Positions 10,069-20,362 are shown, numbered from the stretch's first letter. The stretch: DNA of 64,000 bases from an uncultured Gemmatimonadales bacterium (GCA_963771275.1 CAVYSW010000003.1:1248001-1312000); one strand, 5' to 3'. Program-made: numbers and translations. Notes: a model not told the origin generated them from the sequence alone.

Positions 10069-10812
10069 ATGGCCACGTACGAGCTCCGGGCCCTTTCCAT
10101 GGGGGAAATCCTGGACGAGGGATTCGGCCTCTACCGGGAGCATTTCGCCACGCTGCTCGCGATCGCCGTTGTCTGCACCGGGCTGCCCACCTTGCTGGCG
10201 ATCTACGTCGAGACGGGGGGCGGCTTCCGGGCGCATCCCGGCGCCGTCCTGCTCGCGTCACTGCTGCGCGGCGTCGGGGGCCTGTTCGCCAGCGCGGGCA
10301 CGGTGTGGGTGATCTCGGAGATCTACATGGGCCGGGATCCCGCAGTCGGTGACGCGCTGGGTCTGGCGTTCTCCCGGGTGTGGAAGCTGTTCGTCGCGGG
10401 GCTCGCGAAGTACCTGGTGATCGGTCTCGGAACGCTCCTGCTGATCGTTCCCGGGGTCATCGCCGCCTGCGGGTATGCCGTGGTGGTGCCCGTCGTCGTT
10501 CTCGAGCAGCTGCGCTCGGGAACCGACGCCCTGGGGCGCTCGTGGACCCTCACAAAGGGGTACAAGGGCAAGGCGTTCAGGCTGGGGCTCGCGATCTTCG
10601 CCCTGATCTACCTGCCGTTCCTCGCGGCGGGCGTGCTCACGGGGCTGTTCAGCGGCTCGGAGACGGTGGTGAACGTCGGCGCCGAGCTGTTGTCCTTCCT
10701 GGTCTATCCCTTCATGGCGGCGGTGGTGACGCTGTTCTACTACGATCTGAGAATCCGCCAGGAGGCATTCGACCTCGAGCACCTGAGTCAGCACTTGGAC
10801 GCCGTGCGGTGA
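10069..10812 (+). CDS. Integral membrane protein (GDPD membrane domain-like)
   Basis: LRALSMGEILD..F.LYR; ALGRSW.L; LFYYDLRIRQEAFDLE. Confidence 0.8.
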   Translation: MATYELRALSMGEILDEGFGLYREHFATLLAIAVVCTGLPTLLAIYVETGGGFRAHPGAVLLASLLRGVGGLFASAGTVWVISEIYMGRDPAVGDALGLAFSRVWKLFVAGLAKYLVIGLGTLLLIVPGVIAACGYAVVVPVVVLEQLRSGTDALGRSWTLTKGYKGKAFRLGLAIFALIYLPFLAAGVLTGLFSGSETVVNVGAELLSFLVYPFMAAVVTLFYYDLRIRQEAFDLEHLSQHLDAVR

Positions 10813-10819
10813 CGGCTGC

Positions 10820-11440
10820 GTGATTCCGCAGGGCGTGATCGCCCCGGACAGCGTGCGACTGGTCCTGAGAGAGGTGTTCAGCGACCGGGCCTACGCGTGG
10901 AACGAGCGAGAGCATCCGCTGGCGTTTCTGGGCCGCTGGCTGCGGTGGCTGATCAGCCAGCTCGGCGACCTGGCGACCCATCACCCGGGCGCCTACTACG
11001 CGCTGCTGTGCGCGCTCGTCGTCGTGCTGGCGGCGATCATGGTCCATGCGGGCTGGATCGTGTGGCAGTCGATGCGTGCGCGTCGGGCCGACGAGGGAAC
11101 GGGCCCGCCCGCCGCGGGGGGTGTGCACGACGCCGCCTGGCACCTGGCGGCATTCCGGCGGCTCGCGGCCACGGGCCGGTACACCGAGGCTCTGGCGCAT
11201 CGGTTCATGGCCCTCGTGTCCGAATTGCACGGGCCCGCAACCACGCCGCTCGACGCGTCGCGGACGCCAGCCGAGCACGCTCGCGCCGTGCAGCTGGACC
11301 CGGCCGGCCGGGCCAAGATGGAGCTGCTGGTCGACGAGCTGTACCGTCGCGTGTTCGGCGGGGCGCCGTGCACGGCCGAGGACCTCGGCGCGTTCGACGG
11401 ACTGGCGGCGGAGGTGGGGGCGCATCGTGCGGCGCGGTGA
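10820..11440 (+). CDS. DUF4129 domain membrane protein
   Basis: One TM; G.Y.EA...F and SRTPAEH..YRRVFGG patterns; position in the MoxR cluster. Confidence 0.7.
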   Translation: MIPQGVIAPDSVRLVLREVFSDRAYAWNEREHPLAFLGRWLRWLISQLGDLATHHPGAYYALLCALVVVLAAIMVHAGWIVWQSMRARRADEGTGPPAAGGVHDAAWHLAAFRRLAATGRYTEALAHRFMALVSELHGPATTPLDASRTPAEHARAVQLDPAGRAKMELLVDELYRRVFGGAPCTAEDLGAFDGLAAEVGAHRAAR

Positions 11441-12632
11441 GTGGTTGCTCGTGGGAGGTTTCGCCGCCGCGCTGCTGCTTGCGGGGCTGCTGGGGCGCCG
11501 CGCGGCCCCGCAGCCGGCCGACGTGCGGCGGTCCACCTACCTCACCACGCGGGATGGCGCGCGTGGCCTGACCGACGCGCTCGGGATCCTGGGCGTGGTG
11601 GTCGAGCGACGCCGCCTCCCGCTGTTCGGGCTCGCGAGCGACCTGCGCGCGCCGGGTGACGTGCTGCTGGTCCTCGATCCCGCGATGCCGATGACGACGG
11701 CGGAGGAGCGCGAGGTCGCCGGCTACCTGGCGTCCGGCGGGCGCGTCGTGCTCGCGGGCGTGACCGGCGTCGAGCGCCGGTTCGGCGTCGCGATGGTCTC
11801 GGTCAGGCAGCCGCAAGGCAAGCCGGACTCGCAGCTGGTACGGGCACCGGCCGGCATCGGCCCGCTGCCGGGCGCCGAGTGGGTGCTCGGTCGCGGGCGA
11901 CCGCCGGTGGGCGAGCGGGCCGGCCTGCTCACGCCGGAGCGGGTGGACACGCTGCTCGCCGCCGCGAGCGGTCGCGCGGTCGCGGCCCGGTACACGTTCC
12001 GGGGTGGCGGGATAGCGCTGGTCCTGGCCGACGGGCGCTGGGTGGACAACCGCGTGCTGCGGCAAACCGATGCCGGCGCGTTGGTGATTCCCTGGATCAT
12101 GGGGCTGGATCCCAGGCGGGTGATCGCCGACGAGTACCATCAGGGGTTCGGGCGGGGTGGCGCGATCTTCATTGCCGCGTTGGGGTGGCTGGTGCGCGCC
12201 CCGGCCGGCTGGGCGATCCTGCAGCTCACGTTCGCCGCGCTGGTGGCGCTCGCGGCAGCGGCGGTGCGCTTCGGTCCGGCGCTCCACGTGCTCGTCCGCG
12301 TGCGCCGCTCGCCGCTGGAGCACCTCGACGCCCTGGCGGCGGGGCTCGAGCGATCGGGTGGGCATCACGCGGCCGTCGATCTGCTCGGCCGGGGACTGCA
12401 GCGGCGGCTGCAACGGGGTGGTGGCGCGGCCTCGAGCGCGGCGCGCCGGGCCGAGTGGCTGGCCGCCGTGGCACGCGCGGCCGATCGGCCGGAAACGCAG
12501 CGGGCCGTGAAACGGCTCCGCTCACTCATGCGAGAGCCGGGTGGGGGGGAGGCGCACGTGCTGCAGACCGCCCAGGCTGTGGAGGACGTGTGGCAAGCTC
12601 TGAGGCTACCGAGAAGACGCGCGCCGTCCTGA
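11427..12632 (+). CDS. DUF4350 domain protein
   Basis: N-terminal TM, STY....DGARGL, DEYHQGFG and RFGP; context upstream of MoxR. Confidence 0.75.
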   Translation: MRRGEWLLVGGFAAALLLAGLLGRRAAPQPADVRRSTYLTTRDGARGLTDALGILGVVVERRRLPLFGLASDLRAPGDVLLVLDPAMPMTTAEEREVAGYLASGGRVVLAGVTGVERRFGVAMVSVRQPQGKPDSQLVRAPAGIGPLPGAEWVLGRGRPPVGERAGLLTPERVDTLLAAASGRAVAARYTFRGGGIALVLADGRWVDNRVLRQTDAGALVIPWIMGLDPRRVIADEYHQGFGRGGAIFIAALGWLVRAPAGWAILQLTFAALVALAAAAVRFGPALHVLVRVRRSPLEHLDALAAGLERSGGHHAAVDLLGRGLQRRLQRGGGAASSAARRAEWLAAVARAADRPETQRAVKRLRSLMREPGGGEAHVLQTAQAVEDVWQALRLPRRRAPS

Positions 12633-13546
12633 CGGCGCTGCGACGCGTCGTGCTGGGCCAGGACGACGCCACCCGGGACTGCGTGGTCGCGCTGCTGGCG
12701 CGCGGACACGTACTGCTGGAAGGCGTCCCGGGCACCGCGAAGACGCTCATCGTCCGCACGCTCGCCCAGGTGCTCGGCGTGCGGAGCGTGCGCATCCAGT
12801 TCACGCCGGATCTGATGCCGAGCGACGTCACGGGGATCTCGGTGCTGACGGGCAGCAACGAGTTCCGCTTCCGGCCGGGCCCGATCTTCCACGATCTCGT
12901 GCTGGCGGACGAAGTGAATCGCGCGCCCGCGAAGACGCAGGCGGCACTGCTCGAAGCGATGCAGGAGCGCACGGTGTCGGTGGACGGCGTCACGCACGCG
13001 CTGCCGCCGGCGTTCACCGTGTTCGCCACGCAGAACCCGATCGAATTCGAGGGGACCTATCCGTTGCCCGAGGCCGAGCTCGACCGGTTCATGCTCAAGG
13101 TGGTGATCGCCTACCCCGCAGGCGACGTCGAGCGGGGCATTTTGGGCCGCTACCTCGAAGGGTTCGAAGCGGACGACCCGGCGACCTACGGCGTGAGCCA
13201 GGTGACCGATGCCGCGGGACTCGCCGAGCTGGTGGCCGCCGCGCGGCGCGTGCACGTGGAGGCGAAGGTGGTGGCGTACATCACCGAGATCGTGCGGGGG
13301 ACGCGCGACGTGGCCTCGCTTGCGCTGGGGGCGAGCCCGCGGGCCGGCATCGCGCTGCTCAAGGCGGCGCGGGCCATGGCCCTGCTCGAAGGACGCGACT
13401 ACGTGACCCCCGACGACGTGAAGCGGCTCGCGCCGCCGGCGCTGCGACACCGGGTGACGGTCACCCCGGAGCTCGAGCTCGAGGGTGTCACGGCGGATGC
13501 CGCGCTGAAGGGCATCCTCGACCAGATCGAGGTGCCCACCACGTGA
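12590..13546 (+). CDS. moxR: MoxR family AAA+ ATPase
   Basis: GVPGTAKT, RIQFTPDLMPSD, LADEVNRAPAKTQAALLEAMQE, ATQNPIEFEGTYPLPEA. Confidence 0.95.
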   Translation: MASSEATEKTRAVLTALRRVVLGQDDATRDCVVALLARGHVLLEGVPGTAKTLIVRTLAQVLGVRSVRIQFTPDLMPSDVTGISVLTGSNEFRFRPGPIFHDLVLADEVNRAPAKTQAALLEAMQERTVSVDGVTHALPPAFTVFATQNPIEFEGTYPLPEAELDRFMLKVVIAYPAGDVERGILGRYLEGFEADDPATYGVSQVTDAAGLAELVAAARRVHVEAKVVAYITEIVRGTRDVASLALGASPRAGIALLKAARAMALLEGRDYVTPDDVKRLAPPALRHRVTVTPELELEGVTADAALKGILDQIEVPTT

Positions 13547-14856
13547 TCCTGCCGACCCGGCGGGCCCTCGCGGTCCTCACGGGCGTGGCGCTGCTCGGCC
13601 TGCTCGGGTACGTCATGCCGTACGCCGCGGACCTGATGGTGGTGGCGGACGCGCTGCTCGTCCTGCTCGTCGTGGCCGATGGCTTCCTTGCGGTGGCGCC
13701 TCGGGGGCTGACCGTGGCGCGCGAGGCCCCCGGGACATTCACCGTGTCGCGTCCGACGGAGGCGCGCTACGTGTGGCGCAACTTCAGCCATCGCCCCGCC
13801 CGTCTGGTGGTGCGCGAGGTGCGCCCGGCGATTCTCGGCGGCGCGGTGCCGCCTCGGTCGCTCGCGCTGCCGGCGGGCAAGGCGACCGCGGAGCGGGTCA
13901 AGGTGGAGCCGAGTCGCCGTGGGCGCGAGGTCGGGGGGGCTCTGGTGGTGCGGAGCGTGGGCCCACTGGGATTCGGCGTCCGGCAGGGCCGGCTGGCGGT
14001 GCCGTGGGACGTGCGGGTCTATCCCAACCTGCCGGCCACGCGGCTCAAGGCGTCGATCGTGGAGGCCGTGCAGCGCCGGCAGGCCGGGCTCAGGCCGCTG
14101 CGGCACCCGGGCGAAGGCCGGATGTTCGAGAGTCTGCGGGAATGGGTTCCGGGCGACGACCCGCGGCGGATCGACTGGAAGGCCACGGCGCGCCGCCGCA
14201 AGCTGATCGCGCGGCAGTACGAAGAGGAGCGGCGCCAGCAGGTGCTCCTGGTGCTCGACGCCGGACGCCTGCTGGCCGAGGAGATCGACGGCGAGTCGCG
14301 GTTCGAGCACGCGGTGCGGGCCGCGGTGCTGCTGGCGCTCGCGGCGGTGTACCACGACGACAACGTGGGCATCATGGTGTTCGCCGACCGGGTGAGCCAC
14401 TATGTGGCGCCACAGCGCGGACGGCGCGGGCTGCGCCAGGTGCTCGACGTGCTGGCGGCCGCCGAGCCGAAGCTCGTCGAGCCCGACTATCCCGCCGCGT
14501 TTCGCCACCTCGCGGTGTACAACCGGAAACGCGCGCTCACGGTCGTGTTCACCGACGTGATCGATCCGCTCACCTCCGAAGCGCTGGTCACCAACCTGGG
14601 GTCGTTGCGGCGCCGGCACCTGCCGCTGGTCGTGACGCTCAAGAACCCGGCGCTCGACGCGGTGGCGGTGATGCGGCCGGAACGCGCGGCCGACGCGTAC
14701 CGCAAGGCCGCGGCGGAGGCGCTGCTCGGCGCGCGCAGCGAGGCGCTCGCGCGGATGCGGCAGGCTGGGGCGGTGGTGCTGGACGTGGAGCCCGGGCGCG
14801 CGAGCGGCGCGGTGGTGGAGCGCTACATCCAGCTCAAGCGGCGCGGCCGGCTGTAG
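13543..14856 (+). CDS. DUF58 (vWA-associated) protein
   Basis: FESLREWVPGDDPRRIDWKATAR motif; follows MoxR. Confidence 0.92.
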   Translation: MILPTRRALAVLTGVALLGLLGYVMPYAADLMVVADALLVLLVVADGFLAVAPRGLTVAREAPGTFTVSRPTEARYVWRNFSHRPARLVVREVRPAILGGAVPPRSLALPAGKATAERVKVEPSRRGREVGGALVVRSVGPLGFGVRQGRLAVPWDVRVYPNLPATRLKASIVEAVQRRQAGLRPLRHPGEGRMFESLREWVPGDDPRRIDWKATARRRKLIARQYEEERRQQVLLVLDAGRLLAEEIDGESRFEHAVRAAVLLALAAVYHDDNVGIMVFADRVSHYVAPQRGRRGLRQVLDVLAAAEPKLVEPDYPAAFRHLAVYNRKRALTVVFTDVIDPLTSEALVTNLGSLRRRHLPLVVTLKNPALDAVAVMRPERAADAYRKAAAEALLGARSEALARMRQAGAVVLDVEPGRASGAVVERYIQLKRRGRL

Positions 14857-14863
14857 CGCCCGA

Positions 14864-15814
14864 TCAGGCCTGCTTCGACATCTCCAGCGCCTGCAGGATC
14901 GCGGCGAGCCGGCGATCGCGGGCGACGCGGATCTGGTCGGCCTGGCCGTGGTAGGCGCGCTCGATCGCGCTGATGAGGCGGTGCTGCGCCTCCGGCTCGA
15001 GGCGGTCCCACCGCGCGAGGTCCCCCCAGATTTCCTCGAAGCCGCGCAGCACGAGCTCGATATGACGGGCGACCCCGCGGCTGCCGGCGGCCAGGTGGTG
15101 GCTGAGATGCGGGCCCGCCGCCGCCCACCCCAGCGCCGGTCCCACAGAGACCGCGCGATCGAGGTCATCGACGTCGATCGCGCCTTCGAGCACGAGGTGA
15201 ATGGCCTCACGCCACACGGCGGCGGCGATCCGACCGGCCACGTTGCCGCGTACCGGCTTCTTGAGCGTCACGGGGATCCGCCCCATCGCCCGGAGCCAGC
15301 CCTTCACCAGCTCGACGAGCACGCGGTCGGTGTGAGGACCCGGCAGCAGCTCCACGAGCGGGATCAGCTCGGGCGGGTTCATCGGATGGGCGACCAGCAG
15401 GCGATCGGGCCGCCGGCAGCGGGCGGCGAGATCGTCCGGATGGAGCGAGCTCGACGAGCTGGTGACGACCCGGACCTTGGGCGCCGCCGCTTCGAGTCCC
15501 TCGAACAGCCGCTGCTTGGCGATCAGGTCGTCGGGGATGGCTTCGATCACCCACTCGGCGTCGCCGCAGGCCTGGAGCAGGCTGCGGCCGATCCGGATCT
15601 GCGCGACCCCGCGATCCACCAGCGCGGCGTCCGCGCCGAGGAGCGCGAGCAGGGCCTGTGCCCGGCGCGCGACCTCGCCGCGTGCGCGCTCGGCAGCGCC
15701 GGGGTCCTGGTCGTAGAGCGCGACCGGCCAGCCCTGCGCCGCGCAGAGCGCGGCCCAGCCGCACCCGAGATCGCCGGCGCCGACCACCGCCACACTGACC
15801 TGACCTCCGGACAT
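14864..15814 (-). CDS. 3-hydroxyacyl-CoA dehydrogenase family (L-carnitine dehydrogenase-like)
   Basis: GAGDLGCGW Rossmann motif, SSSSS, HPMNPPELIPLVE. Confidence 0.85.
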   Translation of the reverse strand: MSGGQVSVAVVGAGDLGCGWAALCAAQGWPVALYDQDPGAAERARGEVARRAQALLALLGADAALVDRGVAQIRIGRSLLQACGDAEWVIEAIPDDLIAKQRLFEGLEAAAPKVRVVTSSSSSLHPDDLAARCRRPDRLLVAHPMNPPELIPLVELLPGPHTDRVLVELVKGWLRAMGRIPVTLKKPVRGNVAGRIAAAVWREAIHLVLEGAIDVDDLDRAVSVGPALGWAAAGPHLSHHLAAGSRGVARHIELVLRGFEEIWGDLARWDRLEPEAQHRLISAIERAYHGQADQIRVARDRRLAAILQALEMSKQA

Positions 15815-16073
15815 CACCCACCTCCCGCGGTCCGCAGCCTCACAGCCACGGCGCTCGCCGTAGCCCGCCTGAATCTCGACCGGCGGCACGGCGAAATCCA
15901 GCACATCACGGTGCCCGAGAGCTCCGGCGGCCCTTACCCAGCCGCCGGCACCGCCTGCGGCGAAGGTGGCTCGAAACGGGCCGTCGATCCGTGAGCAACC
16001 TCACGCCGGCGGATCGGGTGGCGGATCGGGCGTCATCTGGCGGGGTATCTCTCGTCTCCGTAACGTTGAGCCC

Positions 16074-16472
16074 ATGATCTCCGCATCGCAGACCTCGAAT
16101 CCGTCCGCCGCGTACGGCGCGCTCATCACGCGGTTCGGCGAAGGGTGGGAGCAGGGATCCCCCGATATCATGGCGGAGGTGTTCACGCCGACGGCGGTGT
16201 TCGTGCCGGGTCCGTTCGATCCGCCGATTCGGGGGCTGGACGGGATTCGCGCCTACTGGCGCGACGTGCCGCACGAGCAGGCGGAGGTGTCGTTCCGGTA
16301 CGGCGAGGTGTTCGTCGCCGGTCCGTGGTTCGCCACCGAGTTCAAGTGCCGGTTCCGGCGGCGGCGCACCGGGGAGCCCGTGGTCGTCAAGGGGGCGCTC
16401 TTCTGCGAGACCGCGGACGGGAAGGTCAGCGAGATGCGGATGTACTGGGAGCGCCTGGTCCAGCGCGCCTGA
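16074..16472 (+). CDS. SnoaL/NTF2-like protein
   Basis: FTPTAVF...IRGLDGIRAYW...DGKVSEMRMYW pattern. Confidence 0.8.
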   Translation: MISASQTSNPSAAYGALITRFGEGWEQGSPDIMAEVFTPTAVFVPGPFDPPIRGLDGIRAYWRDVPHEQAEVSFRYGEVFVAGPWFATEFKCRFRRRRTGEPVVVKGALFCETADGKVSEMRMYWERLVQRA

Positions 16473-17287
16473 TGGCCGGCACGGTCCTGGTCGGCACCCA
16501 GGGCTGGAGCTATCCGGCCTGGGTCGGTCCGTTCTATCCCCCGGGGACCCGCATCGGCGACATGCTGCGGGTCTACGCCCGGGGATTCCGCACCGTCGAG
16601 GTGGACGCGACGTTCTACGCGACGCCGGCGGAGCCGGTGGTGCGGGGCTGGGCGGAGCGCGTGCCGCGTGGGTTCAGCCTCGCTCTCAAGGTCCCGCAGG
16701 AAGTGACTCACGAGTGTCGCCTCGTGGACGCGGCGGTGCCGCTCGAGAAGTTCGCGGCGCGCGCGCGGCTGCTCGGCGCCGCCCTCGGGCCGCTGTTGCT
16801 CCAAATGCCGCCCGATTGGACCCCCGTCGCCGCGGCGCGCGAAGCGCTGGCGGCGTTTCTGCCGATCTTGCCGCAGGATCTCAAGTGGGCGATCGAGTTC
16901 CGCGATCCCGGCTGGCTGGACGAGCCGACCCTGGCGTTGCTCGCCGAGCGCGGCGTGGCCTTGGCGCTGACGGACGGACGGTGGCTCAGGCGCGAACGGG
17001 TGCTTGCGCTGGCGGCGGAGCCCACGGCCGATTTCGCGTACGTCCGGTGGCTCGGGCCGGACCGCCGCCTCACCGACTACTCCCGCGTTCAGGTGAACCG
17101 CGACCTCGAGCTCGCGCTGTGGGCGGATGCACTGGTCGGGCTGCGCCGCCGCGTGCGCACGGTGTACGCGTACTTCAACAACCATTTCGAAGGGCACGCG
17201 CCCGCGAGCGCGCGCGCGATGCAGGCGATGCTCGGTGAGACGCCGGTGGATCCGTCGGGGCTGCGCCGGCAAAGAGAGCTGTTCTGA
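16472..17287 (+). CDS. DUF72 domain protein
   Basis: GTQGWSY..W...FYP, VEVDATFY, AIEFRD, YVRWLG and YFNNH motifs. Confidence 0.92.
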   Translation: MAGTVLVGTQGWSYPAWVGPFYPPGTRIGDMLRVYARGFRTVEVDATFYATPAEPVVRGWAERVPRGFSLALKVPQEVTHECRLVDAAVPLEKFAARARLLGAALGPLLLQMPPDWTPVAAAREALAAFLPILPQDLKWAIEFRDPGWLDEPTLALLAERGVALALTDGRWLRRERVLALAAEPTADFAYVRWLGPDRRLTDYSRVQVNRDLELALWADALVGLRRRVRTVYAYFNNHFEGHAPASARAMQAMLGETPVDPSGLRRQRELF

Positions 17288-18114
17288 TGCGGCACGGGGG
17301 CACGGCGCGACGCTGGACCGGAACGTGGCCGCTGCCGCTCCTGCTCGTGGCGGCGGCGGGGCCGCTGGCGGCCCAGAGCAAGGACATCCTGCTCGCCACC
17401 ACGACGTCGGTGCGGGACGCCGGACTGCTGGACGCGATTCTCCCCGCGTTCGAGCGGACGTCGGGCTACCGGGTGAAGGTGATCGCGGTAGGGAGCGGTC
17501 AGGCGATGGAGCTGGGCCGGCGCGGCGAGGCCGACATCCTGATCCTGCACGATCCGGCAGGCGAAGCGCGGTTCATGGCGGAGGGCGACGGGGTGGGGCG
17601 GGAGCCGCTGGCGCACAACGAATTCGTGCTGGTGGGACCGCGGGAGGATCCGGCGGGGGCGCGGGGGCCGGACGCGGTCCGCGCGATGCGGGCGATCGCC
17701 GCGACCGGCGCGACGTTCATCTCACGCGGCGACCGCTCCGGGACGCACGTCAAGGAACTGGCGCTGTGGCAGGCGGCGGGCGTGACGCCGGAGCGGCGGT
17801 GGTATCGCGACACGGGGCAGGGGATGGGCGCCACGCTGGTGGTCGCCGACCAGCTCAGGGGCTACACGCTGACGGACGTGGCGACCTATCTCTCCCACAA
17901 AGGCCTCGGCGATCTCGTGATCCTCGTCGAGGGCGATACGCTGCTGCGCAACTTCTACCATGTGGTGCGTGCCAACCCGGAGCGGTTCGCGCGGGTCAAC
18001 GCCGCGGGTGCGCAGGCGCTGGAGGACTATCTGCTGTCGCCGGAGACGATGCGGGCGATCGGCGAGTTCGGGCGAAGCCGGTTTGGGAGGTCGCTGTTCA
18101 TTCCCGCAAAATGA
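17287..18114 (+). CDS. tupA: Tungstate ABC transporter substrate-binding protein
   Basis: Signal peptide, ATTTS tungstate motif, SRGDRSGTH, GQGMG. Confidence 0.85.
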   Translation: MRHGGTARRWTGTWPLPLLLVAAAGPLAAQSKDILLATTTSVRDAGLLDAILPAFERTSGYRVKVIAVGSGQAMELGRRGEADILILHDPAGEARFMAEGDGVGREPLAHNEFVLVGPREDPAGARGPDAVRAMRAIAATGATFISRGDRSGTHVKELALWQAAGVTPERRWYRDTGQGMGATLVVADQLRGYTLTDVATYLSHKGLGDLVILVEGDTLLRNFYHVVRANPERFARVNAAGAQALEDYLLSPETMRAIGEFGRSRFGRSLFIPAK

Positions 18115-18187
18115 CGGGAAAGGGGAAAAGGGAACCGGGAAACGAGGTGGACGTGTCGTTTCCCCTTTCCCGTTTCCCGTTCCCCCC
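18114..18187. repeat. Inverted heptamer arrays (GGGAAAN-type / NTTTCCC-type) forming a long hairpin between convergent genes
   Basis: Core arms GGGAAACGA...TCGTTTCCC, extended by further 7-nt units. Confidence 0.8.
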
Positions 18188-19513
18188 TCACACCGGCGTT
18201 CGGGTCTTCCACGCTCCGCGCGTGAAATCCGGGAACTCGACGGGCTTGCTACCGCCCTTGATGGACCGCTCGGTCAACCCGATCACCGCGCTCAGGGCGG
18301 CACCGTCGTAGACGTCCTGGTCGGTGGGCGTGCCCGCGCGCAGGCACTCGATCAGCCGGTAGTCCTCGATGAAGTCCATGCCGCCGTGCCCGGCGCCGCG
18401 CGAGCGCTCCTCCAGATCGCGCCAGACGGGATGCTCGAATTCCTCGCGGTAGGTGCGCAGGTCCTCCCACTGGTGCGCGGGGCTCCGGCCCTCGATGTGG
18501 ATCTTCTCCTCCGGGTACTTGCGCGCCAGGCCCTTGGTCCCTTGCAGCACGATGTTGCGGCTGTAGGGGCGCGGCGAGTTCGTATCGTGCGTGAGGGAGA
18601 TGGTCTGACCGCGCTCGGTCCGGATCAGCGTGGTCACGACGTCCCCCAGCGCGTAGCGCTGGCGCGCCGCCGGGCTGTCGGGGCCGTCATGCTCGGCGGC
18701 CCAGAGGTTGAGCCCGCGCCCCGGTGACGCCATCGAGACGAGGTAGGCGAACCGGTTCCCACGGTTGACGTCCATCCACTGCGCGACCGGCCCCAGCCCG
18801 TGGGTGGGATAGAGGTCGGCGTTGCGCCGGATCGCGTGCGCGATGCGCCAGCGCCCGACGTAGAAGTCGGTGAGCTTGAGCTCGCGCAGGTCGTGGAGGT
18901 AGCCGCACTCGGCGTGCAGCAGCTCGCCGAACAGCCCGTGGCGGACCATGTTGAGGACCATCATCTCGGTGCGGTCGTAGCAGCAGTTCTCCATCATCAC
19001 GCAGTGCCGCCTGGTCTGTTCCGCCGTCTCGACCAGCGCCCAGCACTCCTCCAGCGTGGGGCACATCGGCACCTCGGTGGCGGCGTGCTTGCCGTTCCGC
19101 ATGGCGGCGAGGCAGACCGGCGCGTGCCATTCCCACGGCGTGGCCGTGAACACGAGATCGAGATCCTCGGTCTCGCACATGCGGCGGAAATCCTCCGGGC
19201 CGCGGGAGTAGCCTGCCGGCTCAGGCCGGCCGGCGTCGGTCACGCGCCGCTGCATCGCCGCGACGTGCTCGGGGAGCAGGTCGCAGATCGCCGTGATCTC
19301 GACGCCCTCGATCTTGAGGAAGTTGGCGACGTGGGACGAGCCCTGGTGTCCCACGCCGACGAACCCGATGCGCACCGTTTCGATGGGCGGGGCGGCGAAC
19401 GGGGTGGCTGACAGCGCGGGCTCGGCGTCGAGCGCCGAAAGGGCGCGGGTGGTGAGGCCGAGGCCGAGAGTGCCGGCGGCGGCCGACTTGAGGAAGTCAC
19501 GGCGGTCCTGCAT
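18188..19513 (-). CDS. Gfo/Idh/MocA oxidoreductase, GH109 alpha-N-acetylgalactosaminidase-like, Tat-exported
   Basis: DRRDFLK Tat motif; ATPWEWH, HAATEVP, MENCCY, YPTHGLGP and GHGGMDF motifs. Confidence 0.9.
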   Translation of the reverse strand: MQDRRDFLKSAAAGTLGLGLTTRALSALDAEPALSATPFAAPPIETVRIGFVGVGHQGSSHVANFLKIEGVEITAICDLLPEHVAAMQRRVTDAGRPEPAGYSRGPEDFRRMCETEDLDLVFTATPWEWHAPVCLAAMRNGKHAATEVPMCPTLEECWALVETAEQTRRHCVMMENCCYDRTEMMVLNMVRHGLFGELLHAECGYLHDLRELKLTDFYVGRWRIAHAIRRNADLYPTHGLGPVAQWMDVNRGNRFAYLVSMASPGRGLNLWAAEHDGPDSPAARQRYALGDVVTTLIRTERGQTISLTHDTNSPRPYSRNIVLQGTKGLARKYPEEKIHIEGRSPAHQWEDLRTYREEFEHPVWRDLEERSRGAGHGGMDFIEDYRLIECLRAGTPTDQDVYDGAALSAVIGLTERSIKGGSKPVEFPDFTRGAWKTRTPV

Positions 19514-19552
19514 GAGACGCGCTCCGGGAAGCGTGGTGCGACGAACCAGCTC

Positions 19553-20272
19553 TCAGCCCATCAGCCCACCCAACACACTCTGCAAGCCGGCGAACAGGAG
19601 ATTGACCACCACCCAGAGCGCTCCGACGATCGTCAGCGGGGTCGCGACGCTCGTCGCCCTGGTCTTGATCTGATTGCCCAGCGCCAGCAGGTAGACGTTC
19701 CACGCCCCGAACAACGTGAATTCGTTGGCCAGCTTGTAGGCGAAACCGCCCGAGTCCGGGTCGAACGCGAGACCAAGGCTGAACCGGAACCGCGCGTCGC
19801 TGGTGACGACGATCGCGATCAGCGTGGCGATTGCTCCCAGAACCTGCGGCACGTACGCGTGAGCCGCGATGGCGAATTCCTGCCGGAACGTGATCGGCGC
19901 GGGGCTCAGCCCGCCGAACACGACGCGCAGCACGGCCGCCACGATGACGATCGCGAGCAAGCCGATGGCGGCCACAAACGCGAAGGCCGTCGCCCGGCTC
20001 ACCGGGCCGGCCGCCTGCTGCACGGCACGCTCGCGCGCCTCCGGCGGGATCATGCCCGGGCGGCGCTGCTCCATGGCCTCCATCCGGTGTTGGGTCTCGC
20101 TCCGCATGATCCTGGCGGGCATGGCAAACGTCGAGCCGAACGCCACGACGAGGTACAGGATCACGGGTAGCAGCGCCCTGGGACGCGCGGCGAGCTCGGT
20201 GAAGACGGCGCCCGGTTCGTCGAGCACGCGGAGGACGAGCTGGACCGGTGACTTGGGCTGTTCAGAGTTCAC
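19553..20272 (-). CDS. Yip1 family membrane protein
   Basis: P..VF.EL..RP start and about 5 TM segments. Confidence 0.7.
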   Translation of the reverse strand: MNSEQPKSPVQLVLRVLDEPGAVFTELAARPRALLPVILYLVVAFGSTFAMPARIMRSETQHRMEAMEQRRPGMIPPEARERAVQQAAGPVSRATAFAFVAAIGLLAIVIVAAVLRVVFGGLSPAPITFRQEFAIAAHAYVPQVLGAIATLIAIVVTSDARFRFSLGLAFDPDSGGFAYKLANEFTLFGAWNVYLLALGNQIKTRATSVATPLTIVGALWVVVNLLFAGLQSVLGGLMG

Positions 20273-20362
20273 GCCGCGCCTCGCTCGTGTGAAGAGGTTG
20301 TTGGCCTCGAGGCATGATGCTGGGGAAACATGGCGCGCCGGCCGGCCGGCGGAAAGGCGGTG

